A stretch of DNA of 64,000 nt, taken from positions 124,001 to 188,000 of the forward strand of contig NW_026925544.1 of NCBI RefSeq assembly GCF_032062105.1, read 5' to 3'. The notes under the pieces were generated by a model. That model was given only the letters and a program-made list of their open reading frames with translations, ran no database searches and was not told where the DNA came from. Source of the DNA: Saccostrea cucullata (lineage: Eukaryota). Shown in pieces: positions 13,116 to 26,650 of the stretch (position 1 is its first letter; each line of letters begins with the position of its first letter). The position numbers and the translations under genes were made by a program.

Positions 13116-13456
13116 CGAAAATGTCTATCGACACTTCAGTTTTGAATAATGGTTAACAATATATAATTTGAAAAACGCCAGAAAGCATTAAACTTAATGA
13201 GTTGTTTCATATTACGTATGTAAATGGCCAACTGCATCTTGGACATCTTGTTCTGTCATTAGCACCCCACTAAACTAAAGCTTACCATTTAGTTTGAACT
13301 GATATTAGGGTTCTATGCATGAATATTGAATCATCAGATATGCATGACATCCCAGTGTTCTTTTGATAAACTTTTAGCTAATGAGGTTTATTCTATAAAC
13401 ACAGGTCCAGATACACCTGTAGGTAAAATATACAATATTTATATAAATGGACAAAA

Positions 13457-13706
13457 CATAGGCGTCGGAACCGGGGGGGCTAGGGGGGGCTTAGCCCCCC
13501 CACTTTCTTTTTTCCCAATATATACTTAGTATAGACATTGAACATATCTTCGTAAGTTTAGCCCCCCACTTTCAATAGATATGTCTTAGTATAGGTTAAA
13601 ATTGGTAAAAGTGTTGGTGTTTGGGAGAAAAATTTGTTGGTATTAGACTTATAACTCCCCCCCCCCCCCAGCGAAATAGGATTTTCGTGTTTGGGAAATA
13701 GACATT

Positions 13707-13743
<37 letters not shown>

Positions 13744-13829
13744 TTTGCTTGTCAGGTTTTTTTGGAGGTACAAAAAAAATTTTTCTTACACTTAGCCCCC
13801 CCACTTTAAATTTGCTTCCGACGCCAATG
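13457..13829. mobile_element. hAT-like MITE with 5-bp TSD
   Basis: TIRs CATAGGCGTCGGAA / TTCCGACGCCAATG; CAAAA on both flanks (13452-13456, 13830-13834); subterminal TTAGCCCCCC(C)ACTTT x3. Confidence 0.8.
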
Positions 13830-14320
13830 CAAAATAAGCTAAGACCCATTTTTGCCCCCTGGTTTTCAGTCTCTCAGGATAATGCAATAGTTTATCAATC
13901 AAGCCACAAAATGAGTATTTGTTCTAAGTTATTGGATACACAGGGGTCACATGAAGGACAGAAAATATGTCAATTTTCGAATTTTTTCATTTTTTTTAAA
14001 TGCAAATTATCATTGATTTTCAAGGACTGTTTGGTTCAGAAGCTTACCTGGATACCAAATTGATATATTTCATACACCAGTATCAGATGCATCTTATGTA
14101 TGAAAATTTCAGAAAGACAAGCTCTGGCTCTATGTTTCCTGAAGTGAAAAGTGTCTCAAATTTGACGAAATTCGACCGAAATTGGGGAAAACTGACCGAC
14201 TTCTGTACCCAATGTAAGCTTTGACCGTAACCATTCATTGTCCTCTCTTGATTGATTTATACACAGGTGTATAAATAAAAAAGGACACTTTGTTGCATAC
14301 ACTGAATATACACTACAGAT

Positions 14321-14510
14321 TATGGTGCAGTGGCTGCACTTGGACTTTTGCACCAGAGTCGCGGAGTAAAGAGTGGATCCTTACATCGCTTATAGGGGTC
14401 CTACTGTAGGATGGAGACCGGTCCTTCGGATGAGACAGTGTCATCGTAAACCGCCCTAGATCCCGTGTCGCAGAAGGTGCTGACACGAAAAAAGATCCAA
14501 TGCTTGCAGT
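14321..14510 (+). mobile_element. Degenerate tRNA-derived SINE (same core as 5454-5750)
   Basis: A-box-like TGGTGCAGTGG; core GGTCCTTCGGATGAGAC...CCCGTGTCGCAG...ACACGAAAAAAGATCC. Confidence 0.65.
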
Positions 14511-14536
14511 TTATGCGAAAATAAATTCAGCCTGCC

Positions 14537-14601
<65 letters not shown>

Positions 14602-16599
14602 CAGTCTATTGCGTTTTCCTATCCATATCAATAAGCAAAGAGAAAAATCTAAATTGTTACAACTCTAAGGTCATGAAAGGATTTTAAAAAACGCAAAACA
14701 TTTAAACAAGTGTTGTCAATGATTATGACACGACTGGAATGAATAGAATATTGACTTTAAAGATAATTTTGTAACTTGAATAACAAATGCTGAAACGACA
14801 AAAAAGGTTTTTTACCGTTATTTGTAATGGCTTTTGCAATTGGAACACTTACAAAGAACGTTCCCGTACACTGAGCAGGGTTTCTATTTAACAATAAGAA
14901 CCTGTTTGGCTTTCAGCATTTTACAACATTAATTTGAGAGAACTACACAATATAACAATTTAAAAAATGTTTAAATTGCAATGTTTTCTTTTTTGTGTTC
15001 TCTCTTTTGTGCAAGGACAATAAATGTTCAGTCTGAAATGAAAGCTGCATGAATTTTAAGAAAGAGAGAGAGAGATTTTTTTCAAAAAATCATGGCACAA
15101 TTTTTAAATGTTTTCTTAACATCACCTGATTTAGTACTGCATGTTCTTTGTTCTTTCTTCCTAAATATGATAAACCACGTTACTTGGAAACCTGCGAGAG
15201 GCTCTTTTAATATCAGTTAAAAACGAGTATTTTGAAGTAAAATCCGCTATTTTGTAAGAGCTTTTATCATCAAAATGGATTTAATTGTATTTAATTCGCG
15301 TCCCTGTGGCGAAAACAGCCGACTTCGTTGTTCATTGAAAACCAAGTTGTGGGGTAAAATACAAAGGAGTTTTAGGGCTTTTATTGTAAAGCTCGTAATA
15401 TTTCATAACCTTGGGAATGTAGTTATCAGGTTAAAGCGGTAGCACCTCGCTAACGATTGTGGAATTAACGAAGTCAGGTGCTCCAATAGAGGAAACTAAT
15501 ATGTTTTACATTTGTTTGTAATCCTTTTTCAAAGTAAAAACTTTTTAAAGTGGGGATAAAAAAATCTTGAAAAGAATAAATAGGATGGCTTTTCACACAA
15601 CAAGTTGTTTTGTACACTATGAGCGGCAACCTATAGCAAGTTGAAGAGGGGGGGGGGGGTTGCGTTAAGGTTTATCTTAAAAGTCAGGGTGTTTTTCATC
15701 AGGGTTCGTATCTACACAGTATAAATTTGAAGTTATTTTATGTTCCATAAATACAAAAATTATCATAATGTTCATCCGAAGTTCTTTGGTATCTAGCTGT
15801 GAAAAAATTATTTTTTTTTTTTACAAACTACTTTTTGTATTCAAAATAATAATAATAATCTGAAATAGAAGTTCATGACAGAAATCAATATCATTTTGCG
15901 TATTTCGCATATAGAACTTACACAACTGTCATCTTAGAATTTATTGGGATTAAAATATTCTCTAATTTACATGTATAAAGGAATCAATATTCGTACATTC
16001 ATGTACATAAATACATGAAGTCAATGGTAAATGAATACGTCTTAATCTTTAACCATGTATATTTATTCAGTTTGGTTTCTTACATATTCTGCTTTATTTA
16101 TAATTAGATGCAATGAAATGTAAAGTTGTTTCGCTGTTTTTCTTTAAAATATTTAAATTTAATTTTTGTTCCATTGTAAGGCAGAAAAAAAATCTTCCTG
16201 CTTGAAAAGTTTGGGCTCCACTGCATGAAGTAATATCAGTCTAGCATGTTAATGTAACCATGTGCATAAAAATGTAAAATTCTGTTTAGAATTCTTTGTC
16301 TATCTGCGTTGTTTAAAATGAACAATCCATTTACTGCCTTGAATTCTCTGGACTCATAAAAATACAACAGTTACTGTATTTTAAAATAAAGTTGTAACCC
16401 TTCAGCCAAATGTTATTTTGTATTTCGTGCAAAAACTTTACGTCTTCATACTGATGCCGATTTTAAAAAAAATGTTTATGTAAAAATATACATGGATACA
16501 GTTAATATTGTAAGAGAAGGCAAGGGACCGTGATGTTTATAATTATCTGTCCGTTTCAAGAATTTAAAATATCTAATATTTGTTTTAAATTTAAACAGG

Positions 16600-16671
<72 letters not shown>

Positions 16672-17485
16672 AAAGTTCTTCTTGAAGTTCAAGTTTAATA
16701 AGTTTGCATAATATATTTACGGTCAAAAATATATACCGAGGCTACGATTTGACAATTGTTGTGTCAAATTTTGTTGTCATCGCGTTTTTCCATTTCAATC
16801 TCATAAATATTGCTTTGACTGTTTAGATATGTTCATAACTCGCCTGTGTAACCCGATAAACATACAATATTATATAGCCACGAGCACAATGGATGTGTCT
16901 CTTGTACATAATGTTCCGAAATTTGGCCATTGTTCTTAGTTACTTTCATCTTTATTGAAGGTTGATGAATTAGATTGACTTTTACTGACTTTCCTGCAAC
17001 ATGTGTTTGTTTGTATACCTGTAAGACTCGTCGAGATATTTGGAGTGCACGGTAATTAATATACCTTAGACCACGTGGTAAGTTTCAGTTCAATTCTAGT
17101 TTCTATAATTAAAACAAATCTCGTTTATTAAAAAAATAAATATTTGAAGTGATCAGTACCCATTAATGCATTAATTAACAATTATCCAGCATTATACTTT
17201 GGACAAAGAAAAAATGTGACGACATATATCTTGAATTAGCATCGATTATCTTGCTGATAAATGATTTATATCTGAACGCACTGTTACCCAACAAATCGAT
17301 AAATTCCAGAGTGCGTATAAACTGATAAAGTCCAAACAACATATCTTGATTTCATGCACACTCTTAATACAATTGATTCTTAATTAAAAGAATAGCAAAG
17401 GCACATTCCATATTGTCATCAATAATCATTTCATAACTTTCCAATGCAGCAAGATATCGCATAGACTATAGAGGGCACTTGTTCC

Positions 17486-17497
17486 TGTGACGTCACA
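17486..17497. promoter_or_regulatory. CRE/ATF palindrome in the proximal promoter or 5' region of the Ig gene
   Basis: TGTGACGTCACA ~75 bp upstream of the ATG; a YY1-like CGCCATTTT lies at ~17736 in the start of intron 1. Confidence 0.5.
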
Positions 17498-17569
17498 ATA
17501 CAAGCGTGGAATAGAGTCACCGGTGTGTTTTTGAACTTGGACGACAGTGTACTGAAAGAAGAAGCGAAA

Positions 17570-17621
17570 ATGGGATTAATTACTTATTTTTTGATTTCCT
17601 TCACGTTATATTATATGCAAG
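17570..17621 (+). CDS. Exon 1: signal peptide MGLITYFLISFTLYYMQ(G)
   Basis: AAAATGG start context; donor CAAG|GTAGGT, phase 1; completes the signal peptide with exon 2 (GWTQA-QE). Confidence 0.8.
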
Positions 17622-20600
17622 GTAGGTCATATCACATTTATGGAGTATAAGTGAGAGCGTGTTATTTGGATATATTGATTATGCAGTGTGATTTACCTGG
17701 GATTTTTCACCTAAATGCCGGTAGAAAAGGGTGACGCCATTTTTTGGCGGAAAGCCAAACAGCACCCGACGAAAAAATGACCAGGACTATTTTTAATTTT
17801 TAAAGAGGGACAATATGGATTTATGTGAACTGGGATACTACGTGTCACCCATTGCCATATTTTATGTTGATGACCAGTAAATCTTGTTTCTGTTTTTCAC
17901 ACCTTTGTTGGGAAATTCCAAAGGTGCATGCTATCAGGTCCAGGAAAATCACTATATTTAGCTATATAGGTATATCTACCTATATAGCTTTATTTACCTA
18001 TAAAATATAGCTATATTTAGCTATTTTGGAATAAGTTTCAGTTTTATGAAAAGCAGACAAAAAGTCGCATAATGAGTCAGTATTAGTTTTCAACTTTGAA
18101 ATGGACTGAAAACAATTCACCAAAAACCCACTTATAAAAATGTTTCTCCTTTTGTGCAATTGCAATCAAAGATCTAAAAGTTTTGGGGCTATGTGTAACA
18201 AATCTGTAAAGCTACTTTAACAAAGAAAAGCAGTTTTGGTCAACAGGATAATTGATTGGTAATAATTGAGCACAATGCAAGGCAATCACACTTAGTCATG
18301 CCTCACCGCACTTCCAGCTATCCAAACAATAGAGATGCATTTTTTGGTTAAAAAGTGTTTATAAGAGGCAATGTTTTTACTATCTATGCCCTAGGTTGTT
18401 TTTATTAATCCTTTTAAAATATATATCAGCCATAATTTACATGCGACTTTTTGTCTGCTTTTCATAAAACAGAAACTTATTCCAAAATAGCTAAATATAG
18501 CTATATTTTATAGGTAAATAAAGCTATATAGGTAGATATACCTATATAGCTAAATATAGTGATTTTCCTGGACCTGGCTATATTTGGGGTTGCGTAATGG
18601 ATAAACACATTGTGCGTAGCGTCTTTTTAGAAGAATTTTATGCAAATACCCTAAATGTAAATAAATTGTAATTTGGGGGACATATCATGTATATGCCTAC
18701 GCATGCTAATTAAGATTAATTATGAATATTATATCATCTACTCTTTAAAAAAAAAAGTCGCACATGAAAGTGCAACTAGGCCTTATTGAATTAATTAGGC
18801 CCAGGAATATTCTTTTTTAAAAACTTAAAGATTAAAATAGAACTGTATGGTATTGCAATATTTTTTTTATTCATGAATTTTCTCTTGACTTATTCTGTTT
18901 ATCATATTTATAATGCAAAAATTAGACATTTCAAGGACTTAACCACCCCTTTCATAATTCATACATGTTGACATATTTATGAGTATAAGTTATGAAACTC
19001 CCTAGAGGCAAGCAATACGTATATAAATTATAAATGCATTTTCATCCAATGAGGTTATATCTATAGACTGCATTCTGCAATGTCAACACAACATGAGATT
19101 TGTAAATTATGTATAAATCCCTGTATTGTGCAGCCCTGAATTACAGGAAAAGACCAGCTACTACTTCTTCTATTTAACAGCAAAACTTGAGTGTGCTGAA
19201 GATTACTTGCTGCTACCGAGGAACCTAGATTTACAGTCTTCCTGGTGTTCATAGCTTTAATACATATATTATATATTTCTTACACAATTATGATTTCAGT
19301 ATACTCCACATACTCAAATCTTAACACAAACACTTTCTACTTACTTATATTTGTAGGTCATATCTCGATCATAGTCTATCGTGTTAGGAATAGGAGTTTC
19401 ATTGTCAAATAAAGTAGCTACTGAGCTATTTTACGGAGGAAGGGGAATTGAATTAAAATTCAGATTTTAACTGTATAATTTTCAGTATTCAGTTTGGTAG
19501 CAGGAGATTGTATGCTAGCTGTCATGCTTCAGCAATATGTATACAGTTGTGTTGTAAATGTGACAAATTTTCGGTTGTTTCCTCCTCCATTGTCCTTGAG
19601 AGTTCCACTTCATTCTTTCTTTCTTTCTATCTCTTTTCTTTTCCTCCTTCCATCCCTTCCAGTCCCCCGTCCCTTCTATCACTATATAATGGCCTCCCTC
19701 CCTCCTCCATGTAGGACATGGTACATGTATCACTCTATAATAAGATGTACATACATATTGGTGGACTGAGTGAGGGTTGATTATCCTGCCAGTGTAATTA
19801 CCCCCTAACTGTGGATATAACATCATTAGAACCCAGTGGCATGCCATAACTCTGTGTCACTCTCAAGTTTCTGAAAACTTCATTTTTTATGTTGACTCAT
19901 GGAGGTGTATATACTTAATAATTTGATAACATAGGACATCTGTGCATCATAGCTGGGATGTTTTTAGGAGCATAATTGACTTAGGAGGTTCATATTTCCT
20001 TAAAGTTATAAATAATTGAAAACATTTTCAAGGTCACAATGTGTAACGTCACATGTGGATGAGACACACTGATATCAATAAAAATCCAAGGAAAAGATAT
20101 TTCTTATTTAGTTCTTTTAAAGACATGACCATTTTTACAAATCAGTACATCTTTTTTTTGGAATATATGAATCTATGCAATCCAAAATGAGAGTTAATTT
20201 ATGAAAATTAATTGTCTTGTATTTGGATAAACATGGAAAAAAGCTAGTTCATAACTTCATAGTCTTTGTTCTGTTATTGCAATTTAAGCAGTTGTAAAAT
20301 CTACTTTATTATAGCACTTGTTACTCAAAAACTTGTTTAGCACCAGTCTTTGGTATTATCAGATCCCGAGATTACTCATTTTCCTGGTGTACCTGGTGCC
20401 TTTGTGTAATTTTGTGGTTAGGTAATAAGCTTAGTATGGGAGACTATAGCCCAGTATAGGTGTGGAGCCACTGTGTAGGCACCTGTGTAAAATCCGGCAT
20501 AGTTTTGTGTTGACATTGTGACATGGTTGTAAACAGTCAGACAATTTGTCAAATGCAGGTGGTTATTTTTCAGCCAGGGAGAAGTCATTGTTGTATTGCA

Positions 20601-23600
20601 TTTAGGGACCAGTCATTGTTGTATTGCATTCAGGGGGTACTGTAAAATGGACTGGAAATGTCAAATCATCTAATAGCTGGTCAGGATACATGTATCCAGC
20701 AGTATAATCATATGAACTTACTGCGGAGAACTAGAAGGAAAACTTTCAGAATTAATGTATAATTTTCTTTAGTTTATAGGGACCACATTTAAAAGTTTAA
20801 AGTAGATATATCTGCCAAGGATTTTTTTATCTGTAAGTTTTTACAAGGGAGTAAATATTCCATGAAATATGATCAGAGACATGTCGGCCCATTTATAATT
20901 AATACCCTGGTAATGTTACTGCCTTGCAACATAACCCTTGTATTTTAGTAGCATCTTTATATAGAAACCACATAGAGATTTTATACTCTCTGGCATATTT
21001 GGTTTATTTCACACCCCAGATTTTAAAAGCTGTTTGCTTTAGGTTAACCATTAGTATGCTGTTTTTATGCATGCATTATTTTTTTTCGATAATAATGTCC
21101 TGAATTTCCATATGTTGTTCTGTAACAGCCTTTGTACCTGCATGCGGGTGCATGTTAAAATCAATTAACATTTATGATTTCACACGTGTCATTTGGTCAC
21201 TTTGTTGGTAAATCTAATACTATAATGAATTCCATAAAGTTTTTCCGTATGTCACTATGAGGATGCATGATGTTTTTTTTTTATCAATCGAAGAATCTTT
21301 TTAACGTGTGTCTAATTCAGGGAGGGTTTTGGAATTTCCAGCTACGAATGCAAATATATTTAGATATTCTCTAACATGTTGATATATCAGATGATATGTA
21401 TTTTTTTTTTTTTTTAGAAATCATTACATGAAATTTTATGAAGTTGGATATATTTTGATCTTGGTGGTGTGTGTATATATTAACATATGAAATATTTCAA
21501 GAAACAATCAGTGTAGCGCTGCTTTGGAATTTTAGAGTCTATTTAAAGTCATTAATAAGAGGCAGATAGACCAAGTCTTATTCAAATGTGGATCTCGACT
21601 GTTTTAGCATGTTTAATTATGCCATTCTCAGAATTGTAGGTCTCTAAAGTGAATGGCTAATGTATAGATATATATATAAATTCCATTAGCTTTTTGCAGA
21701 TGAACTATAAAATCTATTACTCAGTAATGTAATTCATTGATAATGCTGCTTGAATGATCAGGAATTCACGTGGGAAATATATACTTAGCTGGCCTAAATG
21801 CTGATTCATATTTATCATGTTTATAACTATGATATTGGTTATTTGCACATGGATATATATATCTAATGGAGAGTTGGTTATCTAAGTTGAGGCTGTGTAT
21901 TTGTAGAGACACTGGGTACTATGGAATGTTAATGTTTACAGTGAATGAAATGTTCAGATGAAATAAAGGAATATAAACTTTGATGTCAGGACATATTTGG
22001 GAATAAATTTTTTTGTTGCTAAAGATTAAATTATTTTTGCCAAAGGTTCCTTTAGTTACTTACATAATAATCGTTAATAGGTGTAATACTACTGTATACA
22101 GGGTTATCTTCGCCCTGCTTTTTTTTACCCTTTCAATCAAATTTTGCCCCATTTTAAATTCACCCAGTTACACTTTTGTTTAAGAAATTATGCTGTATTC
22201 TATCAATTCTCCCGTTTTAAATTCACCCAACAGAGGTCAGGGCAAAAGGGGCAAAAATAAAACAGGGGCAAAAATTTCCTTGTATAGAGTATTTCCACTA
22301 ACTTCAGTAACTCTTGCCTAACCCTTGATGTCCAATGGATATATATTTACAAGCCTTTCAGTGAAGCTCCCCTATATAAACTCAAATTCATTTGAAATGA
22401 AAGCAACACCCCCTTCACTCCAGTTTTCCTTCAAGGACAAATTAACACAAGGAGACCTTATGGTCACACAATATCTTGATAAGCCCTTTGTTTCGATCCC
22501 CAGCCCTGATATAACCTGATAAAAAATGTCAAGCCTGTTGTTATATTTGCTCTGCTTCAGGAGAGGAGAGATTTTAATCAATAGGGATGTAGTCAGGGGC
22601 AGTCTAATGCATTGATTAGTTTGGAACAATTACACTGTGTAGTATTTAGGTAGGATGTCTAGAAATGTCTAATGCTGTAATGATTTTAATTGGTTGTATT
22701 GATCAGCACGAGAATACAGAGCAGCGCAGAAAAAGGCTGTTATGTGTCGATTGGAGAAAAATAGGACTATCCCAAGTTTTTACTTTCCCTTTGATATAGT
22801 GCAGTAGTTTTGATTTTGAACTTTTTGTCATGTAGATACAGCTATCCCAAAGATCTGAAACTTTAAAAACCATGCATATAAAGCCCTTTTAAATTTCATT
22901 AACATGATTAAATTCAAATAATATTAAATGCTTATTGTGAAAAGGTTTTTAAGTCTTGCTTCTTTATACATGTTTTAAACATGCAATAGGATCCTCAATG
23001 TGGTATGTCCTCTGAGTATGTAAATCTCAGTCTATCATTTTTTCATGGTGCTATTTAGTATCTGGTAAGTTAATCTCTTTAATTCAAATATTTTTGCGTA
23101 TTATGTTGAAGATTTTCTATACCATTAGCATTCCAATAACTCAAGTTACCTAGGCTGTTAGTCAAAGCTTGCTATATGCCCGTAGCAGTCCCATGGCTTA
23201 AGGTAGTTATGATACCCATAGCAGTCTCTTAGCTAGCTACCCATAACAGTCTCTTAGCTAGCTACCCATAGCAGTCTCTTAGCTAGCTACCCACAACATC
23301 TCTTAGCTAGCTACCCATAACAGTCTCTTAGCTAGCTACCCACAACCGTCTCTTAGCTAGCTACCCATAACAGTCCCTTAGCTAGCTACCCATAACAGTC
23401 TCTTAGCTAGCTACGCACAACAGTCTCTTAGCTACCCACAACAGTCTCTTAGCTAGCTACCCATAACAGTCCCTTAGCTAGCTACCCACAACAGTCTCTT
23501 GCATGCTACCCATAACAGTCTCTTAGCTACCTACCCATAGCAGTCTCTTAGCTAGCTACCCACAACAGTCTCTTAGCTAGCTACCCACAACAGTCTCGAT

Positions 23601-26600
23601 CATCTTAGCTAGCTACCCATATCAGTCCTAAAACAGTTCCATATCTTGATAAAGCAGTCCAAGAACAGTCCTGTGGCTGCTTTCTAGGGCTACTAAGAGT
23701 GTCAGGTTTGGGATGACGGACTCATTGTATTTTGTGATTTTTGAACATCAGTATATTTGTAGTAAGTCCATTGATTTGAAGACAATGACCATATCACAGG
23801 CCTTCTCATGTACTCATGAGCTTTCTCATTTTAATAAAGAGCATTCTTTAATATGAAAGGAAACCATCAAAGTTGTCATTTGTCATATTTCTTAACTCAT
23901 TTGAATTTCAACCCTTCAGTATTATAACTACATTTACAGAAACACAAATTCTTCCTTGTTTATGATACTGCTCCAAAACAAAGCATTCCATGGAGTCCAA
24001 AGTGTGGATTATGGCTTAATTAGCTCCTGGTGGTAGATATATCTTTGTCAGGTGTAATGCTTTCCTGTTGGTCATTTTGAGTGATTCCTGTGAAGGCATT
24101 GACCCCCAAGTCAATGTCCGCTCCCTGGCTGTGTATCAAGCATGTTCTGGGTTATTGGTGGTTTATGCTGGCTGCACGATGTTACAACAGAGTGTCAACA
24201 TTCATTAAGGAGATGGGGAGAGATTCATTGCGATCAATGAAAGGCATTGCATTAATCTGAAGGAAAATTCTTGGTGATTGAAAAAGTGAAAAAATTTTCA
24301 TAAATAACTCAAATGATGTTTTTCACATTATTTCACACACAAAATTTTTTTTTTAAGGAAATAACTTAAATAAGTTATTTTTTTATTCCTGGCTTGGACA
24401 TTGATTTCATATAAAATGTTTCCTGCCAATTTGCATTGCATTTTGGGATTCCATTATGTAATACAGACATTACTGACTCAATGGAGAAGAAGATAAAATA
24501 TACTGTATATTACTCCTTATTTTGTGGTTTTATCCACATGGTCTATATGTCCAATTTTTATCATTAAATAAAAAAAATTCCACTTTTCCCAAGATTTCGA
24601 AACCTTTTCTGCATTGAGCAAGGTTTATATATAGTCAAACATTTGTTTTTGTCTTGGTGCATGAGCAAAATCCTTTGGTGCACGGGGTGTTAATGAAATA
24701 CAAAATGATTAAATAAGTTATTTATTTATTGAAGCTATTTTGGAAAAATAACGTGTTTGAGTTATTAAAGTTCGGAAAAAGTAGGTCATAGCAAAGAGAA
24801 GTAACTCATTGAGACAAAAAAATAACTCATTTGAGTTATTTTTGAAAATAACTTGTCTAAGTTATGCCCCTGACTGGTGATTGAAAAAGTGAAAAATTTT
24901 CATAGATTCCATTTTGTGATGTTTTAATGCACAGTTGGAATTAGGAATGTATCTGGCTGATTAGGAAATGCTGTCAAGAAACTGTTTATATTCCCTGGCT
25001 AGTAAAATGCATTTACATATAAAAATTTGCAAGATCAAAGACTATATTCCACAAGTTGCAACATTATTATCTGAAAGAAGATAAAATATACTGTATATCC
25101 CTAAGGTATATTACTTAATGACAGTCTCTTTGTTGGGAAACTGGAATTGGATCAACCCATAATTCCATCAGAATGTGTGTGTAATGTACAACACGTTGGG
25201 AATATATATCATTCTCTAGTTGTTATCAATGTGTTGTTTTGTTGTGTGTACGCAATATATAAGCGAGGTTGAAATGCCATGGGCAAACGACAGGTACCAT
25301 GCGCGAAAGTAGAAATTCGCACCTAAGGCAACTTGTGTAGAATAATTCGCCCTACTCGAATTAGAATATGTCCTTCGTTGGCAAATCATGCTTTCAAATC
25401 TGCATACCGTATTTATATACATGAATTTATTGGCGGATTTGAATTTCTCTCTTATACATAAACCTATGTACATGTATATTCTCTTAAACGAACTAAACAT
25501 TGACTCTGTGGCACAAGCATTTTAAAAAGTAGGAAGAAGTTGCGTATATAGAAACATGTAACTTTTCAAATCATTCAACGTAAACATTGACTCTGTGGCA
25601 CAAGCATTTTAAAAAGTAGGAAGAAGTTGAGTATATAGAAACATGTAACTTTTCATATCATTCAACGACTAGTTTTAACTTTTAAAAGATAAAACAAATT
25701 TTACCGGCATTAGTTTTGTGCTTCAAGGCTCGCGAAATAATTCGATATTTTAAGCAATCCAAATACTGTTTGATAGAGGTATGTAGCAATAAATTGTTTT
25801 AATGCAAAAAGAACAATATTTACCACAGAGCTGTGCTACATGTGAACCATTAGATCTCTTCCCATGATAGAAATTCCGTAAAAATCCAGAACAGGTTTTA
25901 AGTCTTAGCCATTATGGGTTACATGTACCAAAATAGCCCGATTTTTTAAACTGACAAAGCTAAAGGCTTTACATGTGTATATATATTGGCATATATGTAG
26001 GAAATGTTAACGAACCTACATGAATATTCACTACACCTAAAAAATGTCTTAGATTGAATTTTGGTTAGAAACACATGCATATGGTCCACGTATTGAAGTC
26101 CTTTTTTAAAGGACAGCAACTTGTATGAAATATTAATGATATAGCCATGTTTGGTCAATTTTCAGTTCATTGAACCCCCATTGGTGTATTTTTTTTGCCT
26201 GTGAAAATTAAATCACCTTGAAAGAGTATTGTAGATATTTATTACTGGTATTGATTCTTGATTGATAGCATTCAAATTCAATATTCATCCTTTTCAACAT
26301 GTTCCAGTGTTCATTCATAAAAACGACTATTTAAAGTCCTGATAGTAGCCGATATCTTTTTTGATGAGTGTATTATGTCATCAAGTTAGATAAAAATCTG
26401 AACGATGTTGATTTATTATATTGAATGCCTTTAAAAAAAATAATTTATAGCAAGCGTTATCTTCAATGCTATCGGCTTTGCCAGCAGGGCTCCCACTGGA
26501 CCGAAAATATTTTTCGCCACTTTTCGTGACACAAGCTTTAAGGAAAGGCATACTTACAACTGATTTCTTAACAATGCAATGCACTTTTTGATATTCAATT

Positions 26601-26607
26601 TTTTTTA

Positions 26608-26650
<43 letters not shown>

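Noticed and set aside
13558-13849. Poly-Lys ORFs
   Set aside because: Caused by a poly-T tract inside a MITE.
23180-23630. Possible CRISPR or coding repeat
   Set aside because: Plain 25-bp minisatellite without spacers or ORF.
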